NCBI GenBank assembly: GCA_045125655.1 | Contig: JBGVNP010000115.1 | Location: 4,797 to 68,796 of the forward strand | DNA length: 64,000 nucleotides | Origin: Eubacteriales bacterium | Lineage (GTDB): Bacteria; Bacillota; Clostridia; Oscillospirales; CAG-272 | Direction of reading: 5' to 3' | Notes under the pieces: generated by a model | Seen by the model: the letters and a program-made list of their open reading frames with translations, nothing else | What the model was told of the DNA's origin: nothing | Databases searched by the model: none | Made by a program: the position numbers and the translations under genes | Shown: one piece after another, positions 9,654 to 19,156 of the stretch | Layout of the letters: each line of letters begins with the position of its first letter | Numbering within the stretch: position 1 is the first letter of the stretch

Positions 9654-10580
9654 CTATATCAAAATGGGAGCGGTGAAAAGTGCACGATTAATTTTGCAGT
9701 AAATTGAATCAAAATCACCAAATGGCAGAGGATTTGTTCCTTTGCCGCATTCAATCGTAAACGAGGGCTTATTAAACTCCTCTATAAACCAATCTGTAAA
9801 TCCACCGTATCTTGCCGTTCCCGAAGGAAATGAAATTTGGTATCCGCTAAGACGCGAAAGAGTTTTGGCGATGGTTAGAGAATCATTTGCTGTTTGTTCG
9901 CCACTTGTATAATATATTTCTTCACCTTGGGTGTGGAGGGTTAAAGCTAACTCAGGTTGACTTATTCTAACAAAATTACAAATTGACCTTGTTTCAGGCT
10001 CGCTTTCGGGGTATTCGCCGCTATATTTGGTAGGTGCACCGTTATCAATATGAAGGTTGCGTTCTATGATTTTATATTCTTTAAATCCTGCATTATAATT
10101 ATGGTTAAGATCAACACCTCTTGCATTAGCTTGCCAATGACTAAGATCATTGCTTCCTTTATTCATTTTCATTATTCGGTCTGCAAGAAAGTGGTTTGTG
10201 GAAATTCCGTGAATTTGATATTCAATTCCATCGGGATTTAGCATAGGAATAATATGCAATCGCCTTGTTTCAAGAAGAACACGGCTTGATATATTGAATA
10301 CTGTATTGCCATTTTCATATTTTTCGCAAAGTTCTTCTAAAAAACGCATCAGGATTGCAGCAGTTATCCATTCCATTCCATGATGCGCACCTATATAAAT
10401 TATACTTTTTTCTCCTTTTCCAACGCTTAAACGATATATCTTTCTGTTGAAAATACTGTTACCGAGAGTCCCTGTATCTATAAAATCGAATTTATTCTGT
10501 AAAAAATCTATCATGGATTCAAGCTCGGTATATCCAAAATAATCACCGAATGAAAAAGAAGGTTTATTCTTCATTTTCAA
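9654..10580 (-). CDS. M14-family zinc peptidase (gamma-D-glutamyl-diamino acid endopeptidase-like)
   Basis: GAHHGMEW (HxxE zinc site) and LHTQGEEIYY. The start is ambiguous: TTG at 10580 lies 7 nt after AGGGGG, and ATG at 10574 is the alternative. Confidence 0.8.
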   Translation of the reverse strand: MKMKNKPSFSFGDYFGYTELESMIDFLQNKFDFIDTGTLGNSIFNRKIYRLSVGKGEKSIIYIGAHHGMEWITAAILMRFLEELCEKYENGNTVFNISSRVLLETRRLHIIPMLNPDGIEYQIHGISTNHFLADRIMKMNKGSNDLSHWQANARGVDLNHNYNAGFKEYKIIERNLHIDNGAPTKYSGEYPESEPETRSICNFVRISQPELALTLHTQGEEIYYTSGEQTANDSLTIAKTLSRLSGYQISFPSGTARYGGFTDWFIEEFNKPSFTIECGKGTNPLPFGDFDSIYCKINRALFTAPILI

Positions 10581-10687
10581 AATATCGCCCCCTAAAAACG
10601 TAAATTAATAAATTATATGAAAGTTAATTAAAAATCTTTACAGGGGGTTGAATTTTTATTAAAAATAGTATATAATCTATCTGTTGG

Positions 10688-10729
10688 TAACAAAAAACCA
10701 CCACATAAGCAATGCTCACATGGTGGTTT
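10688..10729 (-). terminator. intrinsic terminator downstream of tRNA-Thr
   Basis: Minus strand AAACCACCA...UGGUGGUUU followed by UUUGUU. Confidence 0.7.
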
Positions 10730-10732
10730 GCG

Positions 10733-10808
10733 TGGAGCTAGTGAAAAGACTCGAACTTTCGACCTGCTGATTACGAATCAGCTGCACTACCGACTGTGCT
10801 ACACTAGC
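10733..10808 (-). tRNA. tRNA-Thr (anticodon CGU), CCA encoded
   Basis: The hand-folded 76-nt cloverleaf is GCTAGTG/TA/GCAC..GTGC/A/GCTGA-TTCGTAA-TCAGC/AGGTC/GAAAG-TTCGAGT-CTTTC/CACTAGC/T/CCA. Confidence 0.9.
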
Positions 10809-10823
10809 GTCAACGACTTTACT

Positions 10824-10852
10824 ATTCTAACACTTCTCGCTCGTTTTGTCAA
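10824..10852 (-). promoter_or_regulatory. sigma-A-type promoter for tRNA-Thr
   Basis: Minus strand TTGACA (10852-10847), 17 nt, TAGAAT (10829-10824), about 15 nt before the tRNA 5' end. Confidence 0.6.
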
Positions 10853-10885
10853 GTGATAGAAGAAAATTTTTTTAATGAGGAATTT

Positions 10886-11761
10886 ATGAATCTTTGTGAC
10901 GTAAAAACAATAAAGCATATAATGAGCGTTTTTGATCTGAAATTCAGGAAGGAATTTGGACAAAACTTTCTTATCAACAGATCGGTAGTAGAGGATATTG
11001 CCGACAACTGTGCGGACAGTGTTGAAACTTCCATACTTGAGATAGGACCGGGAATAGGTCCGCTTACTACGGAACTTGCACTCAGATACAAGAAGGTTGT
11101 GGCTCTTGAGATAGACCACGGTCTTATTCCTGTACTTAAATATACGCTTGGTGAATTTAATAATGTTACAGTATATAACGAGGATGTTATGAAGGCGGAT
11201 CTCGATAGCTTACTTAAGCCGTATTTTGAGGCGGGATCAGTGTCCGTTTGTGCAAATCTTCCGTATTACATAACCACTCCGATTCTTATGAAGCTCCTTG
11301 AGTGTGGATTACCTTTTGATTATATCACCATAATGATACAATCGGAGGTGGCTGACAGACTTTGTGCAAAAGCGGGATCATCCGACTACGGTGCAATTAC
11401 TGCAGTGTTGGCATATTATGGAATTGCGGAAAAGCTATTTACTGTAAGTGCAGGCAATTTTATGCCAGCACCCAAGGTTAATTCCACTGTTGTGAGAATC
11501 AAGCTTCACAAGGAAAAGCCATATAAGCCCCTTGATGAAAAAACTCTTTTCAGAACTATAAAGGGGGCGTTTGAGCAAAGAAGAAAGACATTGCCCAATG
11601 CATTGGCTGCGTCCTTTGGAGAGCTTACTAAAGATGAGATAACCGAAGCAATTACAGAATGCGGTCACAAGCCCGATATACGAGGCGAAAAACTTGGGAT
11701 TGCTGAGTTTGTTGAACTTTCAGACAAGCTTTACAATGCTATCAATAATAAAAATTCTTAA
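10886..11761 (+). CDS. rsmA: 16S rRNA (adenine1518/1519-N6)-dimethyltransferase
   Basis: FGQNFL and LEIGPGIGPLT SAM motif. Start set to the ATG at 10886 (GAGGA RBS); the track start at 10853 lies inside the tRNA promoter. Confidence 0.92.
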   Translation: MNLCDVKTIKHIMSVFDLKFRKEFGQNFLINRSVVEDIADNCADSVETSILEIGPGIGPLTTELALRYKKVVALEIDHGLIPVLKYTLGEFNNVTVYNEDVMKADLDSLLKPYFEAGSVSVCANLPYYITTPILMKLLECGLPFDYITIMIQSEVADRLCAKAGSSDYGAITAVLAYYGIAEKLFTVSAGNFMPAPKVNSTVVRIKLHKEKPYKPLDEKTLFRTIKGAFEQRRKTLPNALAASFGELTKDEITEAITECGHKPDIRGEKLGIAEFVELSDKLYNAINNKNS

Positions 11762-11775
11762 TTGGGAGAGCAATC

Positions 11776-12780
11776 ATGTTGCATTTTTCTATACCAAGTG
11801 ACTATAAATCAATACTGACGCTCAGAGAGACCGAGGTCGCAATAAAAAAGGTTAAAGACTTTTTTGAAAGACAACTTGCAGTTGAGCTTAATCTCACTCG
11901 TGTATCAGCACCTATTTTCGTTGGCTCAGATAGTGGCTTAAACGATAATCTTAACGGACATGAAAGACCTGTTTCTTTTGATATAAGAGAAGGAAATACC
12001 TTTGAAATCGTTCATTCGCTCGCGAAATGGAAGAGAATGGCACTTAAGACATACAAGTTTAATCTTCACGAGGGACTGTATACGGATATGAATGCTATTC
12101 GTCGCGATGAAGAGCTTGATAACATTCATTCTATGTTCGTTGACCAATGGGACTGGGAAAGAATAATTGATAAGTCTGAGCGAAACGAATATACACTAAA
12201 AAAGACTGTTAAGTCGATATACAGAGCATTAAGACATACTGAAATCTACATATCAACCGAATATCCTTTTATTGAAAAGGTATTGCCAGAGAAAATTGAA
12301 TTTATCACTACTCAAGAGCTTGAGAATATGTACCCGGATCTTTCTCCCAAGGACAGAGAATACGCTATATGCAAGGAAAAGAAGGCAGTATTTCTTATGC
12401 AGATAGGTGATACGCTCAATTCGGGCAAAAAGCACGACGGAAGAGCTCCCGACTATGACGATTGGAGCTTGAACGGTGACATACTTGTTTATTATCCCGT
12501 GCTTGATATTGCTCTTGAGTTGTCGTCCATGGGAATACGAGTTGATGAAGAAACTCTTGCGCGTCAGCTTTCAATTTCTTCTTGTGAAGATAGAGCGAGC
12601 TTACCATTCCATAAGGCACTTCTTAACGGAGAACTGCCTTATACAATCGGAGGCGGTATAGGTCAATCGAGAATGTGCATGTTCTTCCTTAAAAAAGCTC
12701 ATATTGGCGAGGTTCAGTCATCATTTTGGAGCGAATTCGACCATAAATTCTGCGAAGAAAAGGGAATCAATCTTCTTTAA
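11776..12780 (+). CDS. asnA: aspartate--ammonia ligase (asparagine synthetase A)
   Basis: Class II aaRS-like AsnA pattern (LTRVSAPIFV, DWERI, GGGIGQSRMCMFFL) and about 333 aa. Confidence 0.9.
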   Translation: MLHFSIPSDYKSILTLRETEVAIKKVKDFFERQLAVELNLTRVSAPIFVGSDSGLNDNLNGHERPVSFDIREGNTFEIVHSLAKWKRMALKTYKFNLHEGLYTDMNAIRRDEELDNIHSMFVDQWDWERIIDKSERNEYTLKKTVKSIYRALRHTEIYISTEYPFIEKVLPEKIEFITTQELENMYPDLSPKDREYAICKEKKAVFLMQIGDTLNSGKKHDGRAPDYDDWSLNGDILVYYPVLDIALELSSMGIRVDEETLARQLSISSCEDRASLPFHKALLNGELPYTIGGGIGQSRMCMFFLKKAHIGEVQSSFWSEFDHKFCEEKGINLL

Positions 12781-12788
12781 AATATCTA

Positions 12789-12822
12789 AAAGGCGTTCAA
12801 GCATGAACGCCTTTATTTTTTC
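12789..12822 (+). terminator. intrinsic terminator after asnA
   Basis: aggcgttca-agca-tgaacgcct followed by TTATTTTTT. Confidence 0.8.
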
Positions 12823-12844
12823 TTGTAAATATCTATAATTTCTA

Positions 12845-12886
12845 TTGACATTTTATGTATTTGTGTTATAATAGTTAACGTGTTAA
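12845..12886 (+). promoter_or_regulatory. promoter of the marR-ABC operon with overlapping inverted repeat (candidate MarR operator)
   Basis: TTGACA (12845-50), 16 nt with a TGn extended -10, TATAAT (12867-72). The inverted repeat TTAAC-gt-GTTAA (12875-12886) sits at about +1. Confidence 0.55.
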
Positions 12887-12908
12887 TTATTTATCCGCGA
12901 GGTGAAAA

Positions 12909-13391
12909 ATGGAACATAATAATATTGAAATATACAAGGCCACTATGCAAAAAATGATTTGTATAGCAAGAATGCACCGAGGAGTTTTTGAAAAGAATAT
13001 TTCAATGCTCGGAATACATCATTCCCAGCATCAGCTCCTTATGTATATATCCAAACGAGGAGAGGTTGGTTCCCAAAAGGAGATAGCTGAAAAATTCGAT
13101 ATTTCTCCTGCAGCGGTAGCAAGAACTCTCAAATCCCTTGAGAGTGAAGGGTTTATCAAAAGAAGTGCAACTAATAATGATTCAAGATTCAACAAGATAG
13201 TTCTTACTGAAAAAGGCAAAGAAATAGTTGAAAAAACACGGGAGATGTTTATTGAGATCGACCGCGAAATATTTGAAAGCTTTTCTATGGATGATGTAAA
13301 TGCTTTTAATAATTATCTTGATCAAATAAGAGCAACGCTTATTAACAAATATGAGGAAGGATGTGTGAAAAATGCAGAAGAAAAAAAGTAA
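12909..13391 (+). CDS. MarR-family transcriptional regulator
   Basis: Winged-helix region SQKEIAEKFDISPAAVARTLKSLESEGFIKR...DSRFNKIVLTEKG. Overlaps the downstream ABC gene by 20 nt. Confidence 0.85.
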   Translation: MEHNNIEIYKATMQKMICIARMHRGVFEKNISMLGIHHSQHQLLMYISKRGEVGSQKEIAEKFDISPAAVARTLKSLESEGFIKRSATNNDSRFNKIVLTEKGKEIVEKTREMFIEIDREIFESFSMDDVNAFNNYLDQIRATLINKYEEGCVKNAEEKK

Positions 13392-15177
13392 AACTATAAA
13401 TTGGTGGAAATATATAAAACCGTATCTTCCTTATTTTATACTCGGCCCGCTTTGTATGGTCATTGAAGTGGTTGGCGAAATACTGATGCCAAGATTACTT
13501 GCATATATCATCAATCTCGGTATAGATGGAGTTACAGAGGATATGCCGGGAGTGATCCTTTGGCTCTATAATTTGATCGGTAACAATGCATTCTTTATAG
13601 TTGCCATAGCGGTGGGAATGATACTTACTGCGATACTTATGATGATAGGTGGCGTTGGCGGCGCATATTTTGGAGGCAAAGCTTCAGTAAATTTTGCGGC
13701 TGATTTGAGATTGGACATTTATAAAAAGATACAAAGCTTTTCTTTTTCCAATATTGACCATTTCAGCTCTGCGTCTTTAGTTACCCGCCTTACAAACGAC
13801 GTTACTCAGCTTCAGAATTTTATCAATATGATGCTCAGAATGTTCTTCCGTTCACCCGGTATGCTACTCGGCGCGCTGATTATGGCAATTAGTCTTAATC
13901 CCTCACTTTCTATTATACTGGCAGTTTCAGTTCCTGTGCTTTTGATAGCAATTGCATGTATTATAGCAAGAGGATTCCCTTTATTTGGTAAAATGCAGAC
14001 GAAGATTGATGGTCTTAATGCTACCGTTCAAGAAAATCTTACTAACGTGAGAGTAGTAAAATCATTTGTTCGAGAGGATTTTGAAGAGGCCAAGTTCAAT
14101 CGTGCTAATGCTGACCTTAAGAGTACGGCGGGTACTGCTATGAAGAATATGATTCTTATGTCACCTGTGATGACATTTATTATGAACGCTACTTCCATAG
14201 CTGTATATTGGTTTGGCGGTCAACAAGTTCTTGGCGGGCAAATGAATACGGGTGATTTTGCATCTTTCGTTACCTATATAACACAGATTTTATCATCTCT
14301 TATGATGGTAACGTTCTTATTTATGATGTTCTCAAGATCTATGGCATCTGCAAAGCGTATTGCGGAAGTAATGAACGAGGATATTGATATAACCGATTCC
14401 GCAAGCGGCTCGGAGCATCAGGTAAACCGCGGAGAAATTGAATTTAGAAACGTATCCTTCCGTTATTACAAGGATAGCGAAGAAAAGGTGCTTGACAATA
14501 TCAATCTTAAGATAAATGCGGGAGATACTGTTGGTATCATAGGTTCGACGGGTTGCGGAAAAACAACTCTTGTCTCAATGATTGCAAGACTTTATGACGT
14601 CGATGAAGGAGAGGTATTGGTTGACGGAGTAAACGTTAAAGATTATTCTCTCTATAATCTGCGTGAGGGTGTTGGTATGGTGCTTCAAAAGAATATACTT
14701 TTCTCGGGAAGCATTATTGACAATCTTCGTTGGGGTGACAGTGAAGCAACTCTTGAAGAAATAAGAGAAGCTGCGGATTACGCGCAGGCGGACGGCTTTA
14801 TCACAAGCTTTAAGGATGGATACAATATGGACCTCGGTCAAGGAGGCACGAACGTATCGGGAGGACAAAAGCAGCGTCTTTGCATAGCTCGCGCACTTTT
14901 GAAAAAGCCGAAGATCCTTATTCTTGACGACTCAACAAGTGCCGTTGATATGGCAACCGAAGCAAGAATTCGCGAGGCATTCAAGAACAGTCTTAAGGAT
15001 TCAACAAAAATAATAATCGCGCAAAGAATTAATTCAGTTAAGGATGCGGATGAAATTATAGTTATTGATGAAGGCAGAATCACGGGTGTTGGTACACACG
15101 AATACCTGCTTGAAAACAATACGGAATATCAAGAGATATATTATTCACAAATTGATAAAAAGGAGGATAAAAAATAA
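13372..15177 (+). CDS. ABC exporter, fused permease/ATP-binding subunit (heterodimer partner 1)
   Basis: Six-TM ABC_membrane domain plus GSTGCGKTT Walker A, VSGGQKQRLCIARAL and ILILDDSTSAVD. Confidence 0.9.
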   Translation: MQKKKSKTINWWKYIKPYLPYFILGPLCMVIEVVGEILMPRLLAYIINLGIDGVTEDMPGVILWLYNLIGNNAFFIVAIAVGMILTAILMMIGGVGGAYFGGKASVNFAADLRLDIYKKIQSFSFSNIDHFSSASLVTRLTNDVTQLQNFINMMLRMFFRSPGMLLGALIMAISLNPSLSIILAVSVPVLLIAIACIIARGFPLFGKMQTKIDGLNATVQENLTNVRVVKSFVREDFEEAKFNRANADLKSTAGTAMKNMILMSPVMTFIMNATSIAVYWFGGQQVLGGQMNTGDFASFVTYITQILSSLMMVTFLFMMFSRSMASAKRIAEVMNEDIDITDSASGSEHQVNRGEIEFRNVSFRYYKDSEEKVLDNINLKINAGDTVGIIGSTGCGKTTLVSMIARLYDVDEGEVLVDGVNVKDYSLYNLREGVGMVLQKNILFSGSIIDNLRWGDSEATLEEIREAADYAQADGFITSFKDGYNMDLGQGGTNVSGGQKQRLCIARALLKKPKILILDDSTSAVDMATEARIREAFKNSLKDSTKIIIAQRINSVKDADEIIVIDEGRITGVGTHEYLLENNTEYQEIYYSQIDKKEDKK

Positions 15178-17072
15178 TGGCTGCAAGAACTTTAGAAGAG
15201 CTTCAAAAGCAATATAGCAGTAAATCCTCCAAAAAGGGTGCCATACCCCCTCACGGACCAAGAGGGAGAGGTGGCGGACCTGGGGTTAGAGCTAAAGGAA
15301 AACCTCAAAATACCAAACAGACGATAAAAAGATTACTTGGTTATCTTGCCAAATATAAATTTAGACTTATACTTGTTCTTGTTTGCATGATGTTCAGCAC
15401 GCTCGCATCCTTGACGGGTGGATACATTCTTCGTCCCGTTATAAATGCGCTTGTCGGAAAAAGCAAGCTTGAATTTTTGGGCATGGTATTTACTGAACCC
15501 CTTGAATATCTTGCGCTTATCCTATGTGTCATCGCATGCGTTTATCTCTGCGGTATTATAGCAAGCTATGTTCAGGCAAGACTTATGCTTTCGGTATCAA
15601 TGAATGCTATTGAGAGTTTAAGAAATGATCTTTTCAAAAAAGTACAGCGACTTCCCGTCAGAGAATTTGACAGTGATAGCAACGGTACTATAATGAGTAG
15701 CTTTACCAACGACGTTGACAACATTGATATGATGCTTCACAATACGATAGTGAGTTTAATTTCGGGAAGTATAATGCTGATCGGTACGCTTGGTATGATG
15801 ATTTATACAAACATATGGCTTACCTTGATTACTGTTGTGTTCATTCCCGTGTTTATGTTCCTTGCAGGACAGATCGCGATGCGCTCTTCAAAATATTACG
15901 TTGGTCAGCAGGCGGCGCTTGGCGCGATAAACGGATATATTGAGGAATCAGTTTCAGGTCAAAAGGTAATAAAAGTATTCAACCACGAAAAAATTTGCGA
16001 GGAAGAATTCAACACCCTAAACAATGATATGAGGGATAAGCAATTTAAGGCGCAATTTTTTGGCGGAATTATGGGTCCCATCTTGGGTAATACAAGCCAG
16101 ATCAGCTATTCACTTACTGCGGGAATAGGCGGTTTGCTTTGCGTTCTCAATGGATTTGACGTAGGCGGACTCTCCGTATTCGTTCAATACTCAAGACAGT
16201 TCTCAATGCCCATCAACCAGATTTCTCAACAAATGAGCACAATCTTTTCTGCACTTGCGGGTGCTGAAAGAGTATTTGCTCTTATGGATAGAAATCCCGA
16301 GATCCCAAGTGTCGGCAACGTTCATTCGACCGAGGGCTTGAGAGGCGACGTTGTTCTTGAAAACGTAAGCTTTGGATACACTCCCGACAAAACTGTTCTT
16401 AAAAACATCTCTCTTTATGCCCATCCCGGTCAAAAGATTGCCTTTGTTGGCTCAACGGGTGCGGGTAAAACTACAGTTACCAATCTTTTGAATCGTTTTT
16501 ATGATATTGAATCCGGTAAAATTACTATCGATGGCGTTGATATCAAGGAATATAACCTTTCCGATCTCAGACAAAATATAGCCATGGTGCTTCAGGATAC
16601 ACATCTCTTTACGGGAACTGTAATGGAAAATATTCGTTATGCCAGACTTGATGCTACCGACGAGGAAGTTATTGAAGCCGCTAAAACTGCAAGCGCACAT
16701 AGCTTTATAATGCGCCTTTCAGAAGGTTATAATACGATAATTGAGGGTGACGGTGCAAATCTTTCACAAGGTCAGCGACAACTTCTCAATATTGCAAGAG
16801 CGGCTCTCTCAAGAGCACCGATTCTTGTCCTTGACGAAGCAACAAGCTCGGTAGATACAAGAACGGAGCGTCATATAGAGCACGGAATGGATAGACTTAT
16901 GAAAAACAGAACAACATTTGTTATCGCTCATAGACTCTCTACTGTAAGAAACTCTAATGCGATAATGGTACTTGAGTACGGTGAAATTGTTGAAAGAGGG
17001 ACACATGACGAACTACTTGCGATGCAAGGACGTTATTATGAGCTGTACACGGGCAAGAAAGAACTTGATTAA
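15177..17072 (+). CDS. ABC exporter, fused permease/ATP-binding subunit (heterodimer partner 2)
   Basis: GSTGAGKTT, LSQGQRQLLNIARA and LVLDEATSSVD. TAATG overlap with the upstream gene. Confidence 0.9.
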   Translation: MAARTLEELQKQYSSKSSKKGAIPPHGPRGRGGGPGVRAKGKPQNTKQTIKRLLGYLAKYKFRLILVLVCMMFSTLASLTGGYILRPVINALVGKSKLEFLGMVFTEPLEYLALILCVIACVYLCGIIASYVQARLMLSVSMNAIESLRNDLFKKVQRLPVREFDSDSNGTIMSSFTNDVDNIDMMLHNTIVSLISGSIMLIGTLGMMIYTNIWLTLITVVFIPVFMFLAGQIAMRSSKYYVGQQAALGAINGYIEESVSGQKVIKVFNHEKICEEEFNTLNNDMRDKQFKAQFFGGIMGPILGNTSQISYSLTAGIGGLLCVLNGFDVGGLSVFVQYSRQFSMPINQISQQMSTIFSALAGAERVFALMDRNPEIPSVGNVHSTEGLRGDVVLENVSFGYTPDKTVLKNISLYAHPGQKIAFVGSTGAGKTTVTNLLNRFYDIESGKITIDGVDIKEYNLSDLRQNIAMVLQDTHLFTGTVMENIRYARLDATDEEVIEAAKTASAHSFIMRLSEGYNTIIEGDGANLSQGQRQLLNIARAALSRAPILVLDEATSSVDTRTERHIEHGMDRLMKNRTTFVIAHRLSTVRNSNAIMVLEYGEIVERGTHDELLAMQGRYYELYTGKKELD

Positions 17073-17080
17073 AATTTTTA

Positions 17081-17113
17081 AATACCGACGAAATTTTCGT
17101 CGGTATTTTTTTT
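17081..17113 (+). terminator. intrinsic terminator after the ABC pair
   Basis: ataccgacgaaaattttcgtcggtat followed by T8. Confidence 0.85.
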
Positions 17114-17132
17114 AAAAACACACAAAATAATA

Positions 17133-17183
17133 TTGCAAAAACGGATGAAATGTGATATACTAAATTTGTATGTAATTAGATAC
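17133..17183 (+). promoter_or_regulatory. uxuAB promoter plus 16-bp near-palindrome (candidate sugar-acid repressor operator)
   Basis: TTGCAA (17133-38), 17 nt with TGn, TATACT (17156-61). GTATGTAATTAGATAC (17168-17183) matches 7 of 8 positions per half-site. Confidence 0.5.
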
Positions 17184-17219
17184 CTATTCCATTTATTATC
17201 AAAACAGGAGGTTAATCCC

Positions 17220-18263
17220 ATGAAAATGACATTTAGGCATTATGGCCCTAATGATCCCGTAACTCTTGAGCAGATTTCTCAGATTCCTGACATGTACTCA
17301 ATTGTTTCTGCGGTATATGACGTACCTGCAGGCGGTGTTTGGAGTGAGGAGAGTATCAATGCTATTAAAGCAAGTGCTGAAGCTCACGGACTCAAATTTG
17401 AGGTCGTTGAGAGCGTTCCCGTACCTGAGGATATCAAACTCGGAAATGAAAAAGCTCCCCAGCTTATCGAAAACTATTGCGAAAACCTTAGAAGACTTGC
17501 AAAAGCAGGTGTTAAATGCGTTTGTTATAACTTTATGCCTGTATTTGACTGGCTCAGAAGTGAGCTTGAGCATCAGGCAGCCGACGGTTCAAACAGCTTG
17601 GCTTATGACGAGCAGACCGTTCTCGCTATGAATCCTCTTGACGGTGGTCTTTCCTTGCCCGGTTGGGACGAAAGCTACACACTTGACGGTCTTCGTGACC
17701 TTCTTAAGCAGTATGAGGCAATTGACGAGGAACAGCTTTGGAAGAACCTTGAGGCATTCCTTACAAAGGTAATTCCCGTTGCTCATGAGGTTGGTATCAA
17801 CATGGCTATCCATCCTGATGACCCGCCGTGGGGCATTTTCGGTCTTCCCAGAATTATCACCTGCGAAGAAAATCTCGAAAGATTCCTCAAGATCGTTGAT
17901 CTTCCTGAAAACGGTCTTACATTCTGCACAGGATCTCTTGGTGCATCCACTGAAAATGATCTTGTAAGAATGAGCGCAAAATTTGCAAAGAGAATCCACT
18001 TTGCTCATATCCGTAACGTTAAGCACACAGGTCCCCGTCAGTTCCATGAGGTTGCGCATCCCACTGATTGCGGTTCTCTTGATATTTACGGAATCATGAA
18101 GGCACTCCACGATAACGGATTTGACGGCTATATGCGTCCCGACCACGGAAGAATGATCTGGGGTGAAAAGGGAAGATATGGCTATGGTCTTTATGACAGA
18201 GCACTTGGCGCTACTTATCTTCTCGGTCTTTGGGAAGCAATCGAAAAAGACGCTAAAAACTAA
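17220..18263 (+). CDS. uxuA: mannonate dehydratase
   Basis: N-terminal MKMTFRHYGPNDPV and a UxuA-type TIM-barrel pattern. Start set to the ATG at 17220 after AGGAGG. Confidence 0.9.
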   Translation: MKMTFRHYGPNDPVTLEQISQIPDMYSIVSAVYDVPAGGVWSEESINAIKASAEAHGLKFEVVESVPVPEDIKLGNEKAPQLIENYCENLRRLAKAGVKCVCYNFMPVFDWLRSELEHQAADGSNSLAYDEQTVLAMNPLDGGLSLPGWDESYTLDGLRDLLKQYEAIDEEQLWKNLEAFLTKVIPVAHEVGINMAIHPDDPPWGIFGLPRIITCEENLERFLKIVDLPENGLTFCTGSLGASTENDLVRMSAKFAKRIHFAHIRNVKHTGPRQFHEVAHPTDCGSLDIYGIMKALHDNGFDGYMRPDHGRMIWGEKGRYGYGLYDRALGATYLLGLWEAIEKDAKN

Positions 18264-18279
18264 TTAAGAGGTAATTATA

Positions 18280-19104
18280 ATGAATAAAGTTTGTGTTATC
18301 ACAGGCGCAGGTGGCATTCTTTGCTCATCCTTCGCTGAAGAAATGGCTAAGCAGGGCTATAAGGTAGCTCTCCTTGACCTTAACGATGCAGCGGCTCAGG
18401 TTGTTGCTGACAGAATCAATGCTGAGGGCGGTTGCGCTAAGGCATACAAGGTAAACTGCCTTGAAAAGGAAAGCATTGAGGCTGCTCACGAGGCAATTCT
18501 CAACGATCTCGGTAAGTGCACTATCCTTATCAACGGTGCAGGCGGTAATAGCCCCAGAGCTACAACTGATAAGGAATATTATGAGGTTGGTGACGAGGAT
18601 AGAGAAAACATTAAGACATTCTTTAACCTTGACAAGTCCGGCTTTGATTTCGTATTCAATCTTAATATTATGGGAACACTTCTTCCCACGCAGGTTTTTG
18701 CAAAGGACATGCTCGGTCAGGAGGGTTGCTCAATCCTTAACATCTCCTCTATGAACGCTTACCGTCCTCTTACAAAGATTCCCGCATACAGTGCCGCTAA
18801 GTCAGGTATCTCTAACTTTACACAGTGGCTTGCAGTTCACTTTGCAGGCGCAGGCATCAGAGTTAACGGTATCGCACCCGGTTTCTTTGTAACTAACCAG
18901 AACAGAGCGCTCCTCTTCAATGAAGATGGCACTCCCACACCCAGAACAAATAAGATTCTCAATGCTACTCCTATGAAGAGATTTGGCGAATCCGAGGAGC
19001 TTCTTGGCACACTCAGATTCCTCACAAATCCCGAGGAATCCGGCTTTATCACAGGTATCATCATTCCTGTTGACGGCGGATTCTCAGCTTATTCCGGAGT
19101 TTAA
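18280..19104 (+). CDS. SDR-family oxidoreductase, probable D-mannonate oxidoreductase
   Basis: TGAGGILC Rossmann motif and YSAAK catalytic motif. Function is inferred from adjacency to uxuA (B. subtilis yjmE/yjmF-like arrangement). Confidence 0.7.
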   Translation: MNKVCVITGAGGILCSSFAEEMAKQGYKVALLDLNDAAAQVVADRINAEGGCAKAYKVNCLEKESIEAAHEAILNDLGKCTILINGAGGNSPRATTDKEYYEVGDEDRENIKTFFNLDKSGFDFVFNLNIMGTLLPTQVFAKDMLGQEGCSILNISSMNAYRPLTKIPAYSAAKSGISNFTQWLAVHFAGAGIRVNGIAPGFFVTNQNRALLFNEDGTPTPRTNKILNATPMKRFGESEELLGTLRFLTNPEESGFITGIIIPVDGGFSAYSGV

Positions 19105-19119
19105 TCTTACAATAAATTT

Positions 19120-19155
19120 AAGAGCGTCCATCGTAATGATGGACGCTCTTTTCAT
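19120..19155 (+). terminator. intrinsic terminator after the uxu pair
   Basis: aagagcgtccatc-gtaat-gatggacgctctt followed by TTCATATT. Confidence 0.75.
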
Positions 19156-19156
19156 A

